DNA from: Salinispira sp.
Lineage (GTDB): Bacteria; Spirochaetota; Spirochaetia; DSM-27196; Salinispiraceae
Length of the DNA: 64,000 bases
Reading direction: 5' to 3'
Assembly: GCA_965602015.1 (NCBI GenBank)
Contig: OZ271918.1
Coordinates: 3,392,001 to 3,456,000, forward strand
Both the position numbers and the translations under genes were made by a program. Every line of letters begins with the position of its first letter. The stretch's first letter is position 1. Positions 40,770-50,223 of this stretch are shown piece after piece. Under the pieces are notes generated by a model that worked only from the letters and a program-made list of their open reading frames with translations, made no database searches and was not told where the DNA came from.

Positions 40770-41570
40770 ATGGACAGTATTTTTAGCGGAGATAGCTACC
40801 ATACCGAGGGAAGCCGGCGGCTCCCGCTGAGTCATTACCTGTTTTTGGGAAGCCGGTGGGGTATGCATTTCACGTTTATCAAGGACATCGTGTTTCGTTA
40901 CCGGCGGGAAGTTCTCGACGGGGTGTACACCGATCAGAGATGGGTGGACAGCTCTCACCATTCACTGCGGATAATTGAGCAATACGGCGGACAAATACAC
41001 ATTACCGGCATGGACAATCTCACCAGAGGAGACGGCCCCTACGTAATCATCGCTAATCATATGAGCACCCTGGAGACCGCTGTGCTTCCGGGTATTATCA
41101 GGCCCCACATGCCGGTCACCTTCGTGGTGAAAAAGAGCCTCACCGAGGGTAATATATTTGGGCACATTATGCGGAGCCGGGACCCCATCGCCGTGGGCAG
41201 GGTGAATCCCCGGGAGGATTTAACCACGGTTCTCACCGAAGGGGTGAAGCGGCTCGAAAAGGGAATCTCTGTGATTATCTTTCCCCAAGCCACCCGAACG
41301 CCGGAGTTCGACCCCGAGAAATTCAACAGCCTCGGAATCAAGCTGGCTCTTCGGGCCGGGGTAAAAGTCATACCCATCGCGTTGAAGACTGATTTTTGGG
41401 GTGAGGGGAGCATAATCCGGGGCTTCGGACGAATCCGGCGGAAAAACCCGATTCATTTTGAAATCGGGGAACCCATAGAACCCGAAGGTCGGGGAAAAGA
41501 AGCCCACCAGAAGATTGTCGATTTCATCCAGGACCGCCTGCGAACATGGCGGGAACAGGATGGCAGATAA
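40770..41570 (+). CDS. Lysophospholipid acyltransferase (PlsC family)
   Basis: NHMSTLET, IFPQATRT. Confidence 0.85.
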   Translation: MDSIFSGDSYHTEGSRRLPLSHYLFLGSRWGMHFTFIKDIVFRYRREVLDGVYTDQRWVDSSHHSLRIIEQYGGQIHITGMDNLTRGDGPYVIIANHMSTLETAVLPGIIRPHMPVTFVVKKSLTEGNIFGHIMRSRDPIAVGRVNPREDLTTVLTEGVKRLEKGISVIIFPQATRTPEFDPEKFNSLGIKLALRAGVKVIPIALKTDFWGEGSIIRGFGRIRRKNPIHFEIGEPIEPEGRGKEAHQKIVDFIQDRLRTWREQDGR

Positions 41571-41579
41571 GACTGCGTT

Positions 41580-42557
41580 ATGAAGGAAATACGCTGGGGA
41601 ATTGTGGCTCCCGGGCACATCGCTCACAAATTCGCCGCCGCAATGACAGTGGTGGAGGGATCGCGGATCGAGTCGGTGGCGTCCCGGGACATTCGTCGCG
41701 CCCGGGACTTTGCCGGACGCTTTTCCATTCCCCGGGTTTCCCCCAGCTATGCCGATCTCAACGCCGACCCCAATATCGATGCCCTGTACGTCGCATTGCC
41801 GAACAGCCTCCACATGGACGCAAGCATTCCCGCTCTCGAAAGGGGCAAGGCTGTTCTCTGCGAAAAACCCCTGGCGTGCAGCGCAGCAGAGGGACGGCGG
41901 ATGGTTTCGGCCGCCCGGAGCGGGGGCGGTTTTCTCATGGAGGCCCTGTGGACCCGATTCCTGCCGGCGTTTTCCCAGGCTCAAAAAGTCGTGTTGGCCG
42001 GGGAAATAGGCGAACTCCGGCGCATCGAGGCAGACTACTCGTTCGATATCCCTGAGAGCGCCGATCACCGCTTAAACCGGCAGGATCTCGGCGGAGGCAC
42101 CCTGCTGGACACCGGGGTGTACGTCCTGCATGCAGCCGCGGCCTTCGCCGGCATGTCTCCGGATCAAATCCAGGCGTTGGGCAGATTCTCTGAAAGCACG
42201 GTGGATGACGAGGTACTGATTCAGCTCAGCTACCCTTCGATGCTGCTGGCACAGCTAAGCTGCGCCATTAGAACCGAAGGCCGCCGGGATTTGCGGGTGA
42301 TCGGCGACCGGGGTGTACTCGAAATTCCGGCACCCTTCATCGCCGCCCAAATGGCGGTCATTCGAAGCGAAACCGGCGAGCGGCGCATCAATGAACCCTT
42401 TGATAAAAACGGCTTCGAATACCAGATTCGCGAAGCTAACCGCTGCATCAGGCGCGGGCTCACAGAGAGCCCCCGGCTCCCTCTGGACCAAAGCCTGGGG
42501 GTGCTGGAGCTCATTGACGATGTCCGGGTGCAACTGGGGGGCAGAAACGCAAAATAG
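41580..42557 (+). CDS. Gfo/Idh/MocA oxidoreductase
   Basis: IRWGIV.PG.IA, VLCEKP, MEALWTRF, GGG.LLD.GVY. Confidence 0.92.
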   Translation: MKEIRWGIVAPGHIAHKFAAAMTVVEGSRIESVASRDIRRARDFAGRFSIPRVSPSYADLNADPNIDALYVALPNSLHMDASIPALERGKAVLCEKPLACSAAEGRRMVSAARSGGGFLMEALWTRFLPAFSQAQKVVLAGEIGELRRIEADYSFDIPESADHRLNRQDLGGGTLLDTGVYVLHAAAAFAGMSPDQIQALGRFSESTVDDEVLIQLSYPSMLLAQLSCAIRTEGRRDLRVIGDRGVLEIPAPFIAAQMAVIRSETGERRINEPFDKNGFEYQIREANRCIRRGLTESPRLPLDQSLGVLELIDDVRVQLGGRNAK

Positions 42558-42616
42558 GGCGCGTTGGGCTGTCGGAACTGGCGGAGTAAGCCGCTTCCCT
42601 GTGAAAAATGCGGGAG

Positions 42617-43522
42617 CTATCCTGCGCTCACCATGTTCCTTCCAGATTCCTTGCTCTTGTAAAGAAACCGGTCAGCCCGATCAATGATGCTGCCGCTGTT
42701 ATCCCCTTCCTGAGCCATGGTTGCTCCGACGGAAACCGTAACCTGCAGTTTCTCTTTGCCCTGCATCACATAGGACTCGGCGACAAGGATTCTCAGGCGC
42801 TCTGCAGCAGCCAGCAATCTTTCCTGGTCGACATTGCGAATTATCCCGATAAACTCCTCGCCGCCCCAGCGGCCGAAGGTATCGAAAGGGCGGGCGTTAT
42901 AGAGCAGGGTGTTCGCAACATATTGAAGCACCTGGTCGCCCATCACGTGGCCATAATCATCGTTGAAGCGCTTGAAATGATCGATGTCGAACAGAATGAC
43001 GCCGAATGATACGCTGTTCCTCTGCAGGTCCTGGAAGCGTGATAAAAGTTCTCGTTCGATATAGTGCCGATTTGCCAGTTGGGTCAGGTTATCGAGCATG
43101 GCGAGGCGCTCCAGTTCGCGGATTTTTATTTCCGTGGCCTCCATGCTGCTGATATCGGTGAACAGTTCCGCCGCGCCGTTAATGGTTCCCGCTGCGTCGT
43201 ACAGAGGATTTACCCGCACATGAACCGGAACCCGGTGGCCTTCCTTATGATGCAGGTACACCTCAAGTTCCCGTTGCTTTCCGTCCCGCATGCTCAAGGC
43301 GAGGGGGCAGAGTCCGAGACAGAGATTCACGCCCTGCTCGTTTACGTGGGTGAGAATATTCGCCCGGCATGATTTTCCCAGCAGTTCTTGGGCTGCGAAG
43401 CCGGTAATTTCTTCGGCGGCGCGGTTCCAGTAGGTGATAACCCGTTCGCTATTCACCAAATAGAGACCTTCATGGAGGTTGTTGATGATGTTTTCGAAGG
43501 ACTCTTCCAGTAAATCCACCAA
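42617..43522 (-). CDS. PAS-GGDEF diguanylate cyclase
   Basis: WN.AAE.ITG PAS motif; DIDHFK.FND.YGH, RWGGEEF. Confidence 0.92.
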   Translation of the reverse strand: MVDLLEESFENIINNLHEGLYLVNSERVITYWNRAAEEITGFAAQELLGKSCRANILTHVNEQGVNLCLGLCPLALSMRDGKQRELEVYLHHKEGHRVPVHVRVNPLYDAAGTINGAAELFTDISSMEATEIKIRELERLAMLDNLTQLANRHYIERELLSRFQDLQRNSVSFGVILFDIDHFKRFNDDYGHVMGDQVLQYVANTLLYNARPFDTFGRWGGEEFIGIIRNVDQERLLAAAERLRILVAESYVMQGKEKLQVTVSVGATMAQEGDNSGSIIDRADRFLYKSKESGRNMVSAG

Positions 43523-43604
43523 GGCCCGCCTGAAAAGAGATGCTAATAAAAGTATAGTGCCCCGGCAAAAATATGCCAGGGCACGGATGGGGAAATATCC
43601 CGGA

Positions 43605-44207
43605 TTAGTGATGCATCGAAAGGCCGAAGAACGGGAGTCCGCCTACATAGCGCAGATCGGGTGAAAAGCGTACGCCTCCTTCCGCCACAGCCCGCCGGGC
43701 GGCGGCTTCAGCGCCTCTTGAGGACCATACTCCCAGCAGATGGTTTAGGATATTGCCTGAAAAGAGAACAGCCGCCGAGGGAAGAAGCTCGCGGTAGTTG
43801 ACGGTTTCGAAGTACGCTTTTTTCTCCGCATAATTGTCAAAACCGGTCTGAAGCTGTTCGGGAAGCAGGAACCAGGCGGCAACCAGACTCCCGCCGGTAA
43901 CCGCAAGATGAGCGCTGAGCTGGGCGATTCCCAGCCCGGTTTGTCCGGACATGAGCTGTCCGGTTCCGGGAATAAAAAACGATGAACGGGCGACCCGTTC
44001 TATATACTTTTCTTCCTGGACGCGCACCGACATGGACTCGGCCAGTAATAGCAGGTCATCGATGAGCACATCGGAAAGTGCCGCGCCTTCGAGTCCCGGG
44101 GCCATTGCAAAAATATCCGCCGCATCGACGGCTTCGGACGAGTCATCAGCGTTGAGGGTGAAAACCGCAAGGCCCGCCAGTATTATGATCAGGATAGATT
44201 TTTTCAT
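43605..44207 (-). CDS. Hypothetical exported/membrane protein
   Basis: Signal peptide, S..IPG.GQ motif, GAGGAG RBS. Confidence 0.7.
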   Translation of the reverse strand: MKKSILIIILAGLAVFTLNADDSSEAVDAADIFAMAPGLEGAALSDVLIDDLLLLAESMSVRVQEEKYIERVARSSFFIPGTGQLMSGQTGLGIAQLSAHLAVTGGSLVAAWFLLPEQLQTGFDNYAEKKAYFETVNYRELLPSAAVLFSGNILNHLLGVWSSRGAEAAARRAVAEGGVRFSPDLRYVGGLPFFGLSMHH

Positions 44208-44317
44208 ACCTATTCTCCTCTTTTTCTCTGTTCCGTTTAAACATAGCGATTATCCGAGGGGTAAGACAGAAAAACCTGAGGCTTAGCCAAGCAGTTCATT
44301 TAACGCGGTAAAATATG

Positions 44318-44470
44318 GGTAGTGCCCCCAAAACAGCTGATTTAAACAGCGTAAATCGTTTGCATAATGTGATTTGTCTTTCATCCAATGAAGCCATTGA
44401 TAAAACTCCTGTTTTTGATTTTCACACAGCGAGTTACACCGCACAAATCAGCTGTTTTCGGGGCAGTACC
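44318..44470. mobile_element. MITE, intact 153-bp copy
   Basis: 26-bp TIRs with 2 mismatches: GGTAGTGCCCCCAAAACAGCTGATTT / AAATCAGCTGTTTTCGGGGCAGTACC; second copy at 10533. Confidence 0.85.
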
Positions 44471-44587
44471 AATGATTTGCGGGGGTTTTTTCACACCCTA
44501 TTTATTTACCTCACGCGTAAAGCATAGCAGAAAATTTTTGTGTGGGAAAAATCCCGTACTAATACCCGCCCTGTCATAATTTTTCGA

Positions 44588-44616
44588 TTGTAGAACCGTT
44601 AATATCTCAGTATAAT
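44588..44616 (+). promoter_or_regulatory. Sigma70-like promoter preceding a truncated signal-peptide ORF
   Basis: TTGTAG-17-TATAAT; ATG 44636 encodes MKKVFLSLAVIIISF then stop. Confidence 0.5.
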
Positions 44617-44784
44617 AGAGAAAAGATTGTTAATTATGAAAAAGGTTTTCCTATCATTGGCAGTTATTATTATCTCATTTTAGCTAATTATTTTATTCAT
44701 TAAAATAACACTTATGTTCTCGGTATTATAAAATAAACATTGAGAATCTACTGAGTTTTGACCTCCAGTCTTCCTGTATACCCT

Positions 44785-44889
44785 TTATTCCACCATCTCG
44801 CCGGGCCGAGCGACTACCACTTCCCCGGCTTCATCGAGTTCTTTCAGGATTTCGATAATCCGCATTTTCGCCACATCTACATCCTTGAG
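44785..44889 (-). pseudogene. 3' fragment of a FliG_C-domain gene cut by the IS256 end
   Basis: LKDVDVAKMRIIEILKELDEAGEVVVARPGEMVE*, resembling the FliG extreme C-terminus. Confidence 0.65.
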
Positions 44890-45264
44890 GGATAGTGTCC
44901 AAAACAGTTCGCAATTTCATTTAGGAGCCAGCTTCCTCCAGGTGGGTTAAGCGGCTATTTTCGGGATGAGGTCTCTTTGCTCATCCAGTATTTCCTTTTT
45001 TAATATAGGCCTTGCCGGCTGTCCAGTCTTCCGTGTATTCAATCAGGAAACAGGTCACCAATCTTAGGTAAGAGTCCTGAGATGGGAAAATCCCGACGAC
45101 TTTCGACCTCCGACGTATCTCTCGATTCAGTCTTTCCAGCATGTTTGTCGAAGCGACCTTCCGATGATCGAGCTTTGGAAATTCATAGAACTGGAGTGAT
45201 GTCAACGCCGGAATGAAATTGCAGTTTTTCACCGGAGTTAAATTGCAGACTTCCGGCAAATTTT

Positions 45265-46026
45265 TTAGAAGTCAACGACTCCGATTTTCATTCGATCCTT
45301 CATCCGATACGAGTCTCCTTTCAGGCTGATCACATGGGAGTGATGAAGCAGCCGGTCCAAAGTGGCCGTAGCAACTGCGTCATCAGTCATGATTTCTCCC
45401 CACTTCCCGAATACTTTGTTGCTGGTCAGAATGATTGATCCATGCTCATAGCGGGTATTGATCAGCTGGAAAAACAAGGCTGCCTGCTCAGCATTCAGGT
45501 TTTCATACCCAACTTCATCAATCAACAGAACGTGGGGTTTGCCAAACCAGGTCAGTTTGTTTTTCAATCTTCCCTGATCCCGGGAACGCTGTAATCGTTC
45601 AAGCAAATCAAGACAGCTGATGAAATAGGCCGTATACCCATTCATACATGCCTTCTGTCCAAGCGCTGTCATGAGGTGCGTTTTACCCAATCCACTGGGA
45701 CCAAGCAGAATGACATTCTCTTTACGTTCAATGAACGCAAGGGTGGACAGTTCGTTGAACTGCTTGTGTGTAAGACCGCCTTTCGGCCATGACAGATCAA
45801 AGGATTCAAGATTCTTTCCCTGGGGAATTCCTGAAACCTTCAAGCGGGTTTTGGCCATTCGTTCCTTTCGGGGAATCAGTTCCAGATCAATGAGTTCTCC
45901 GATCGCTTCAATCAGAGGCGCATCCTGATTCACCTGGCTTGAGAGAAAACTGTCCAGACCGGCAGCCATGAAGCTCAAACCCAACTCTTCCATACGGGCT
46001 GTAATCATTGTGCTTTTACTAGTCAT
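45265..46026 (-). CDS. istB: IS21 helper AAA+ ATPase
   Basis: GPSGLGKT, LLIDEVGY, TSN, LDRLLHH...G.SYR. Confidence 0.95.
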   Translation of the reverse strand: MTSKSTMITARMEELGLSFMAAGLDSFLSSQVNQDAPLIEAIGELIDLELIPRKERMAKTRLKVSGIPQGKNLESFDLSWPKGGLTHKQFNELSTLAFIERKENVILLGPSGLGKTHLMTALGQKACMNGYTAYFISCLDLLERLQRSRDQGRLKNKLTWFGKPHVLLIDEVGYENLNAEQAALFFQLINTRYEHGSIILTSNKVFGKWGEIMTDDAVATATLDRLLHHSHVISLKGDSYRMKDRMKIGVVDF

Positions 46027-47273
46027 GAGGCCGCCTCCTGCAGTGCAAACAAGCGGTCGTACTCCCCAGGTGAGCGGACATCAACATCGGTAGAAACCTT
46101 TATCCGTTTTCTTCTCTTGGGTATCCGGTACTGCCTTTTCCAGAGCTCGGTCAGCGCCGCTGAGTGTTCAGCCAGGTAGAACCGTTGATTTCGCAATTCG
46201 AGGTTAAGCATGAAGGTTCGGATGATCTGATCCTCTGATGATACTTCGGCCTCACCGGTGAGCGGATCGATACGTACAATTACCTCTGCACCAATGAATT
46301 GCGGGTGAACGCTGTACCAGTTGTTTCTCACCCGTACCAGAGATTCACCGGAGACACGCACATTGGTCGGTTTCCGGTAATCAAACGGCTGCGTTGGTAA
46401 GGGGGTAAGGAAAGCCTTTTCATGCGTAAAGCGTTCTGATCGGCTTTCATTGAGCCCGCCGATGACTCTGTGGCTGATATCCTCGCACCAGGTGATGACT
46501 GCTTCGTTTAACTCAATCAGTCCAGCTGGCAGTGCTTTGTGCTCGATCCAGAAGTTGTTCTCGTAGAACTGGATGAACCGTTCGACCTTTCCTTTGGTCT
46601 GAGGCCGGCGGACCTGGCATCGGCGGGGTGTGAATCCATAGTGCCGGGCCAGAGACAGCAGGTGCTTGTTGACCTGCCATTTCTCCTCTGCGGCCTGGTA
46701 GATAAAGGCGGTTTTCATGTTGTCGTACAGGATTTCTTCCGGCACCCCGCCAAAATATGTGAATGCCAATACGTGGCACATCAGAAAGGTGGCCATGTCC
46801 ATGCTCGTGGTATGAATGACAAACGGCATTCTCGAGTAGCCGAATACCATGACAAAGGCATAGAGTTTCTGCCACCGTCCGTCCACCAGCTGTTTTCCCA
46901 GGATTTTCCAATCCACCTGAGCCTGGTAGCCCGGTTCGGTTTCGAACCGGATAACTGCCTGTTTTGTGATATCTGCAGCCTTCCTGGCAGCATAATCCCT
47001 GAGGATTGTGACCCCGCCATCGTATTTCTGTTTTCGCAGGTTCCTCAACAGAACCTCCCGATTGAAGGACGGGTCTTCCTCGAGTATAGTGTCGATGTAG
47101 GGTTTGAACGGATCGAGCTTGCTCGTGTAATTCCGCTTCTTTCGAGACCTTGAAGGCTCTGCAAGGTAGTAGTGAACCATGCGTTCACTTTTTCCCAGGG
47201 CTTCGGCGATCTGACCGATTCTCTTACCCTGTTGTTTCAACATCTGTGCTTCATGCATCAGTAGCTCCAGCAT
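46023..47273 (-). CDS. istA: IS21 transposase
   Basis: SKLDPFK.YI, RFETEPG.QAQVDW, YDNMKT, TKGKVER. Confidence 0.95.
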   Translation of the reverse strand: MLELLMHEAQMLKQQGKRIGQIAEALGKSERMVHYYLAEPSRSRKKRNYTSKLDPFKPYIDTILEEDPSFNREVLLRNLRKQKYDGGVTILRDYAARKAADITKQAVIRFETEPGYQAQVDWKILGKQLVDGRWQKLYAFVMVFGYSRMPFVIHTTSMDMATFLMCHVLAFTYFGGVPEEILYDNMKTAFIYQAAEEKWQVNKHLLSLARHYGFTPRRCQVRRPQTKGKVERFIQFYENNFWIEHKALPAGLIELNEAVITWCEDISHRVIGGLNESRSERFTHEKAFLTPLPTQPFDYRKPTNVRVSGESLVRVRNNWYSVHPQFIGAEVIVRIDPLTGEAEVSSEDQIIRTFMLNLELRNQRFYLAEHSAALTELWKRQYRIPKRRKRIKVSTDVDVRSPGEYDRLFALQEAAS

Positions 47274-47753
47274 TTTAGGGCGTGCTCCTTACTTGAATGA
47301 TTGTGTGGTAACAACCATTACAAGGTAGCATCGCCCTTTTTTTCAAGCCGGAGTCTGCAATTTTAGTCCGGTGATTTCCTGCAATTTAGCACCGGTGATG
47401 ACAAGTGAGTCTTCAAGTCCGTTATCCAGGATTTCTACCGCCTCAGGGAATTGCGATTCCAGATCTTCCATCACCTGTTTGGCATATTCCCGAGCGGTAC
47501 CGGCATCCGTTTGAAGCCAGATATGTTTGATACGGGCGGCAACATGCTCTTTGTGTTTGGCTCTGACTTTTGCCAACACGTTCCGCATGAAATGTACTTT
47601 GCAGCGTTGCCAGCTGGAAACAAGGAATTCTTTCTGGATAGGATTCTTCAATCCCAGATGAGCATCTGAGACCACAAGCCACACGGACCGAAGGCCACGC
47701 TCCTTCAACCTCTGGACCAGGAACCGGTAATTGTCTTCATTTTCAGCATCCAT

Positions 47754-47783
47754 GGCGAGTCCGACTCGAAGTGCTTGTTAAAT
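47754..47783 (-). repeat. attC 1 (truncated, fused to IS256 remnant)
   Basis: Only GGCGAGTCCGACTCGAAGTGCTTGTTAAAT remains. Confidence 0.8.
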
Positions 47784-47787
47784 GCCT

Positions 47788-48618
47788 CTAAAATGCCGCG
47801 AATTCAGTCACAATATATATTTCCGAAATAGTATTTTCTTCGATCACAAAAGATAATGAATGTGTATCGATTATTATGTCAGACATAAAAATAATCCTAT
47901 TGTCTCTTTCGAAATATTCTTCTCCAATATTTGAGGAAATATCTGCAACGGTATCTCCGACGTTGATTTTATATTCAGAAGACACAAAGTTTGTGATGAT
48001 TATACTAGCAACTATAAAGCTATCATCGTTTTCATTATGGAGAATCCATAATCTGCCAAATGGAGTCCGGTACTCTTGTAAATTACTCTGTTGAAAATTT
48101 GGTATAGTCCTATCGGTATTTTGAAGTAATTGGTAATTATCTAGTCTCTCTTTTGAAATTCGAAAAGATAGATCGCCTGTCAATTCTGCTATTATCTGTC
48201 GCTGGAAGGCAATTTTTTCATAGTTCCACAATCCTACGCGTTGTATGAAGTGTTCTTCAAGCCAAAACTCCAATGGATAATCATCCCTGAAACTCACATA
48301 CTTGCCATACACCCATCCTGTAATAGAATCATCATCTAAAGTTTCGATTTGATACCAAGGGAAAGATTCACCATTTATTTCATATAGATCTGTTGTAATA
48401 GCTCGTATTTTTATAGGCGTATTTGAATTTAAGTGAGTCAAAATATTGCTCATTTGTAATACAGGCAAATCACGAACTCGCAATCGATCTGCATTTATGT
48501 AGGGAGAAGCATAAACATACTGTGATTCTGTAACTGTCTGATCATTCAGTTTGAAAGATTGTGCGAATAACGATGAACAGATAGAAATTGCAATTAGCAA
48601 TAGTATTATTTTTTTCAT
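47788..48618 (-). CDS. Cassette: exported bacterial SH3-domain protein
   Basis: Signal peptide; LRVR..P...WYQI......GWV.G.Y. Confidence 0.75.
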   Translation of the reverse strand: MKKIILLLIAISICSSLFAQSFKLNDQTVTESQYVYASPYINADRLRVRDLPVLQMSNILTHLNSNTPIKIRAITTDLYEINGESFPWYQIETLDDDSITGWVYGKYVSFRDDYPLEFWLEEHFIQRVGLWNYEKIAFQRQIIAELTGDLSFRISKERLDNYQLLQNTDRTIPNFQQSNLQEYRTPFGRLWILHNENDDSFIVASIIITNFVSSEYKINVGDTVADISSNIGEEYFERDNRIIFMSDIIIDTHSLSFVIEENTISEIYIVTEFAAF

Positions 48619-48644
48619 CTCAAACCCCGCAAACATCTAAGTGC

Positions 48645-48761
48645 ATTTAACAACCACTTAACCTGTGAGCCGTACGTTGGCATGGAGTTTGCCCTGCCCT
48701 TCAGGGCAGGACAAGCAAACTCCATGCCAATAGGCGAATCAGGCTGAAGTGCTTGTTATGT
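48645..48761 (-). repeat. attC 2
   Basis: ATTTAAC...GTTATGT palindrome. Confidence 0.9.
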
Positions 48762-48824
48762 AGCTCCTTTTTCATCAGCGCAACCTGTACTACTGACTTT
48801 TTTTATTTCTGCTAATGGCAGCGC

Positions 48825-49379
48825 TTATAAGTTAGTCAAATAATTCTCATTTTGGTTCTTAATTAAGTAATTGAGTACACTAGTTTCCCTTATGATCCAA
48901 GGGAAGTTTCGATTTGCCCCCGGTTTCATTAGGGTTTTATTTTTCTGAAATGCATAGTTTGGTGATACCCATACAGGCACGATTTGGTACTCTTGTTCCA
49001 TCTTTGTCAGATTAACTTCATCGAATTTATCCATATATACTGTGCTCACATAGAAGTAAGAAATCATATGAAAATAATCATACTCCGGCAGAAACGATGT
49101 TCTAAATTCCTCGGTGATTAACGCTAAATCGCGAATTTCCTCTATCCTATATCCCGTCTCTTCATTTATTTCACGAATCAATGTCATTTCATTTGTTTCG
49201 CCTGATTCTTGGCCGCCACCAGGGAAACTGTATTCGCCAAATTTATTTGACTTGATTAAAAGCAATTTTGAATCAGATTTATCGAATATGATTCCACGGA
49301 TGCTTTTGTATGATGCTATTTTAATTTTCGAGTCATTCGGATCAGGGAAATCTACTTCCAAAAATGATAGTTTTTCCAC
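48825..49379 (-). CDS. Cassette: NUDIX hydrolase
   Basis: GGGQESGETNEMTLIREINEETG Nudix box. Confidence 0.88.
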   Translation of the reverse strand: MEKLSFLEVDFPDPNDSKIKIASYKSIRGIIFDKSDSKLLLIKSNKFGEYSFPGGGQESGETNEMTLIREINEETGYRIEEIRDLALITEEFRTSFLPEYDYFHMISYFYVSTVYMDKFDEVNLTKMEQEYQIVPVWVSPNYAFQKNKTLMKPGANRNFPWIIRETSVLNYLIKNQNENYLTNL

Positions 49380-49396
49380 TAAGTCTCCCTGAGTCT

Positions 49397-49496
49397 ACAT
49401 AACAACGCCTTGAGCGGCACGCCGTCAATTGGCGTGGAGTTTGCCCCGCGCAGCGGGAAAAGCAAACTCCATGACAATAGGCGTGTCCGTCTCGAA
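49397..49496 (-). repeat. attC 3, part A (interrupted; part B at 52423-52439)
   Basis: ACATAAC...GTCTCGAA, resuming as CGAAGCGCTTGTTATGC. Confidence 0.9.
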
Positions 49497-49696
49497 TGTA
49501 GCCTCTCAAATTAAATTGATCAAACCAGCATAGAAAATCTCACAAACAGTTAAACAATCTCTCATTCCACTTAGACCGGAAATTTTATCTGCCGACAAAA
49601 AAAGAGCAATGGTGTTGAAGTTTGCCGACTCCCCATTGCTCTTAAAACCTCACCCCCAAAGGGGGCAAATAAACGTTACTTATTTGTCGGATAGTT

Positions 49697-50194
49697 TTGG
49701 AAAAACTTCAAGCGCTTGGGAAACAGTTCCACTGGAAAAAACCTGAATGTTGTCCCGAGTGTGGAAGCATACGGCTATGGGGGCACGGCTTCGTTCTTCG
49801 GCAGTTTGTCGGGTTTGCCCAAGGACTGTGGATGAAGCGGTATCGATGTCCGGACTGCCATGGGGTTCATACCTGTAGGCCACAGCAGTTCTTGCCGGGG
49901 ATGCAATATCCTGTTCAAACTCAAATCTCCAGCCTGGAAGCAAAGCTTGCAGGAAAGCCGTTCCTTCAAACTGTGTCGAGGCAGATCCAGCAGCATTGGT
50001 GGAAGACATTTCTCAACCACTGCCGCCGTAGCGGCAACTGGACTGCCCCACATTCGGTTTTCCTCCGCAGGCAGAGCGATGATCAAATACCAGTAACAAC
50101 CAGGCGAATATACCGTGAGATCTGGTCAGAAGCCTGCGTACCCTACCTGCCTTTTGCGCTGACAGTGAAACCGCGTCCATTTAGCCTTGAGTGA
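49697..50194 (+). CDS. Zn-ribbon accessory protein (DUF6431-like)
   Basis: CPEC...LWGHG...RYRCPDC...H; start uncertain. Confidence 0.7.
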   Translation: MEKLQALGKQFHWKKPECCPECGSIRLWGHGFVLRQFVGFAQGLWMKRYRCPDCHGVHTCRPQQFLPGMQYPVQTQISSLEAKLAGKPFLQTVSRQIQQHWWKTFLNHCRRSGNWTAPHSVFLRRQSDDQIPVTTRRIYREIWSEACVPYLPFALTVKPRPFSLE

Positions 50195-50223
50195 GAAAAC
50201 GTATCACTCTCAAGGAGGAGAAA

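Larger units (their letters stand above)
45200..47403 (-). mobile_element. IS21-family element
   Basis: TGTCA...TGACA ends, repeated CCGG..AAATTGCAG sub-terminal boxes, 5-bp TSD AGTGA (45195-45199 / 47404-47408). Confidence 0.95.
44890..47755 (-). pseudogene. IS256-family element remnant (5'-deleted, interrupted by IS21, 3' frameshift)
   Basis: VSDAH.GL, WQRCKVHFMRN (47404-47753) joins QFYEFP...STNMLERLNREIRRR...IFP (44981-45199) as GLEDSLQFYE once IS21 is removed. Confidence 0.88.

Noticed and set aside
44315..44579. Short ORFs of 70 and 63 aa
   Set aside because: They read through the MITE and show no protein features.
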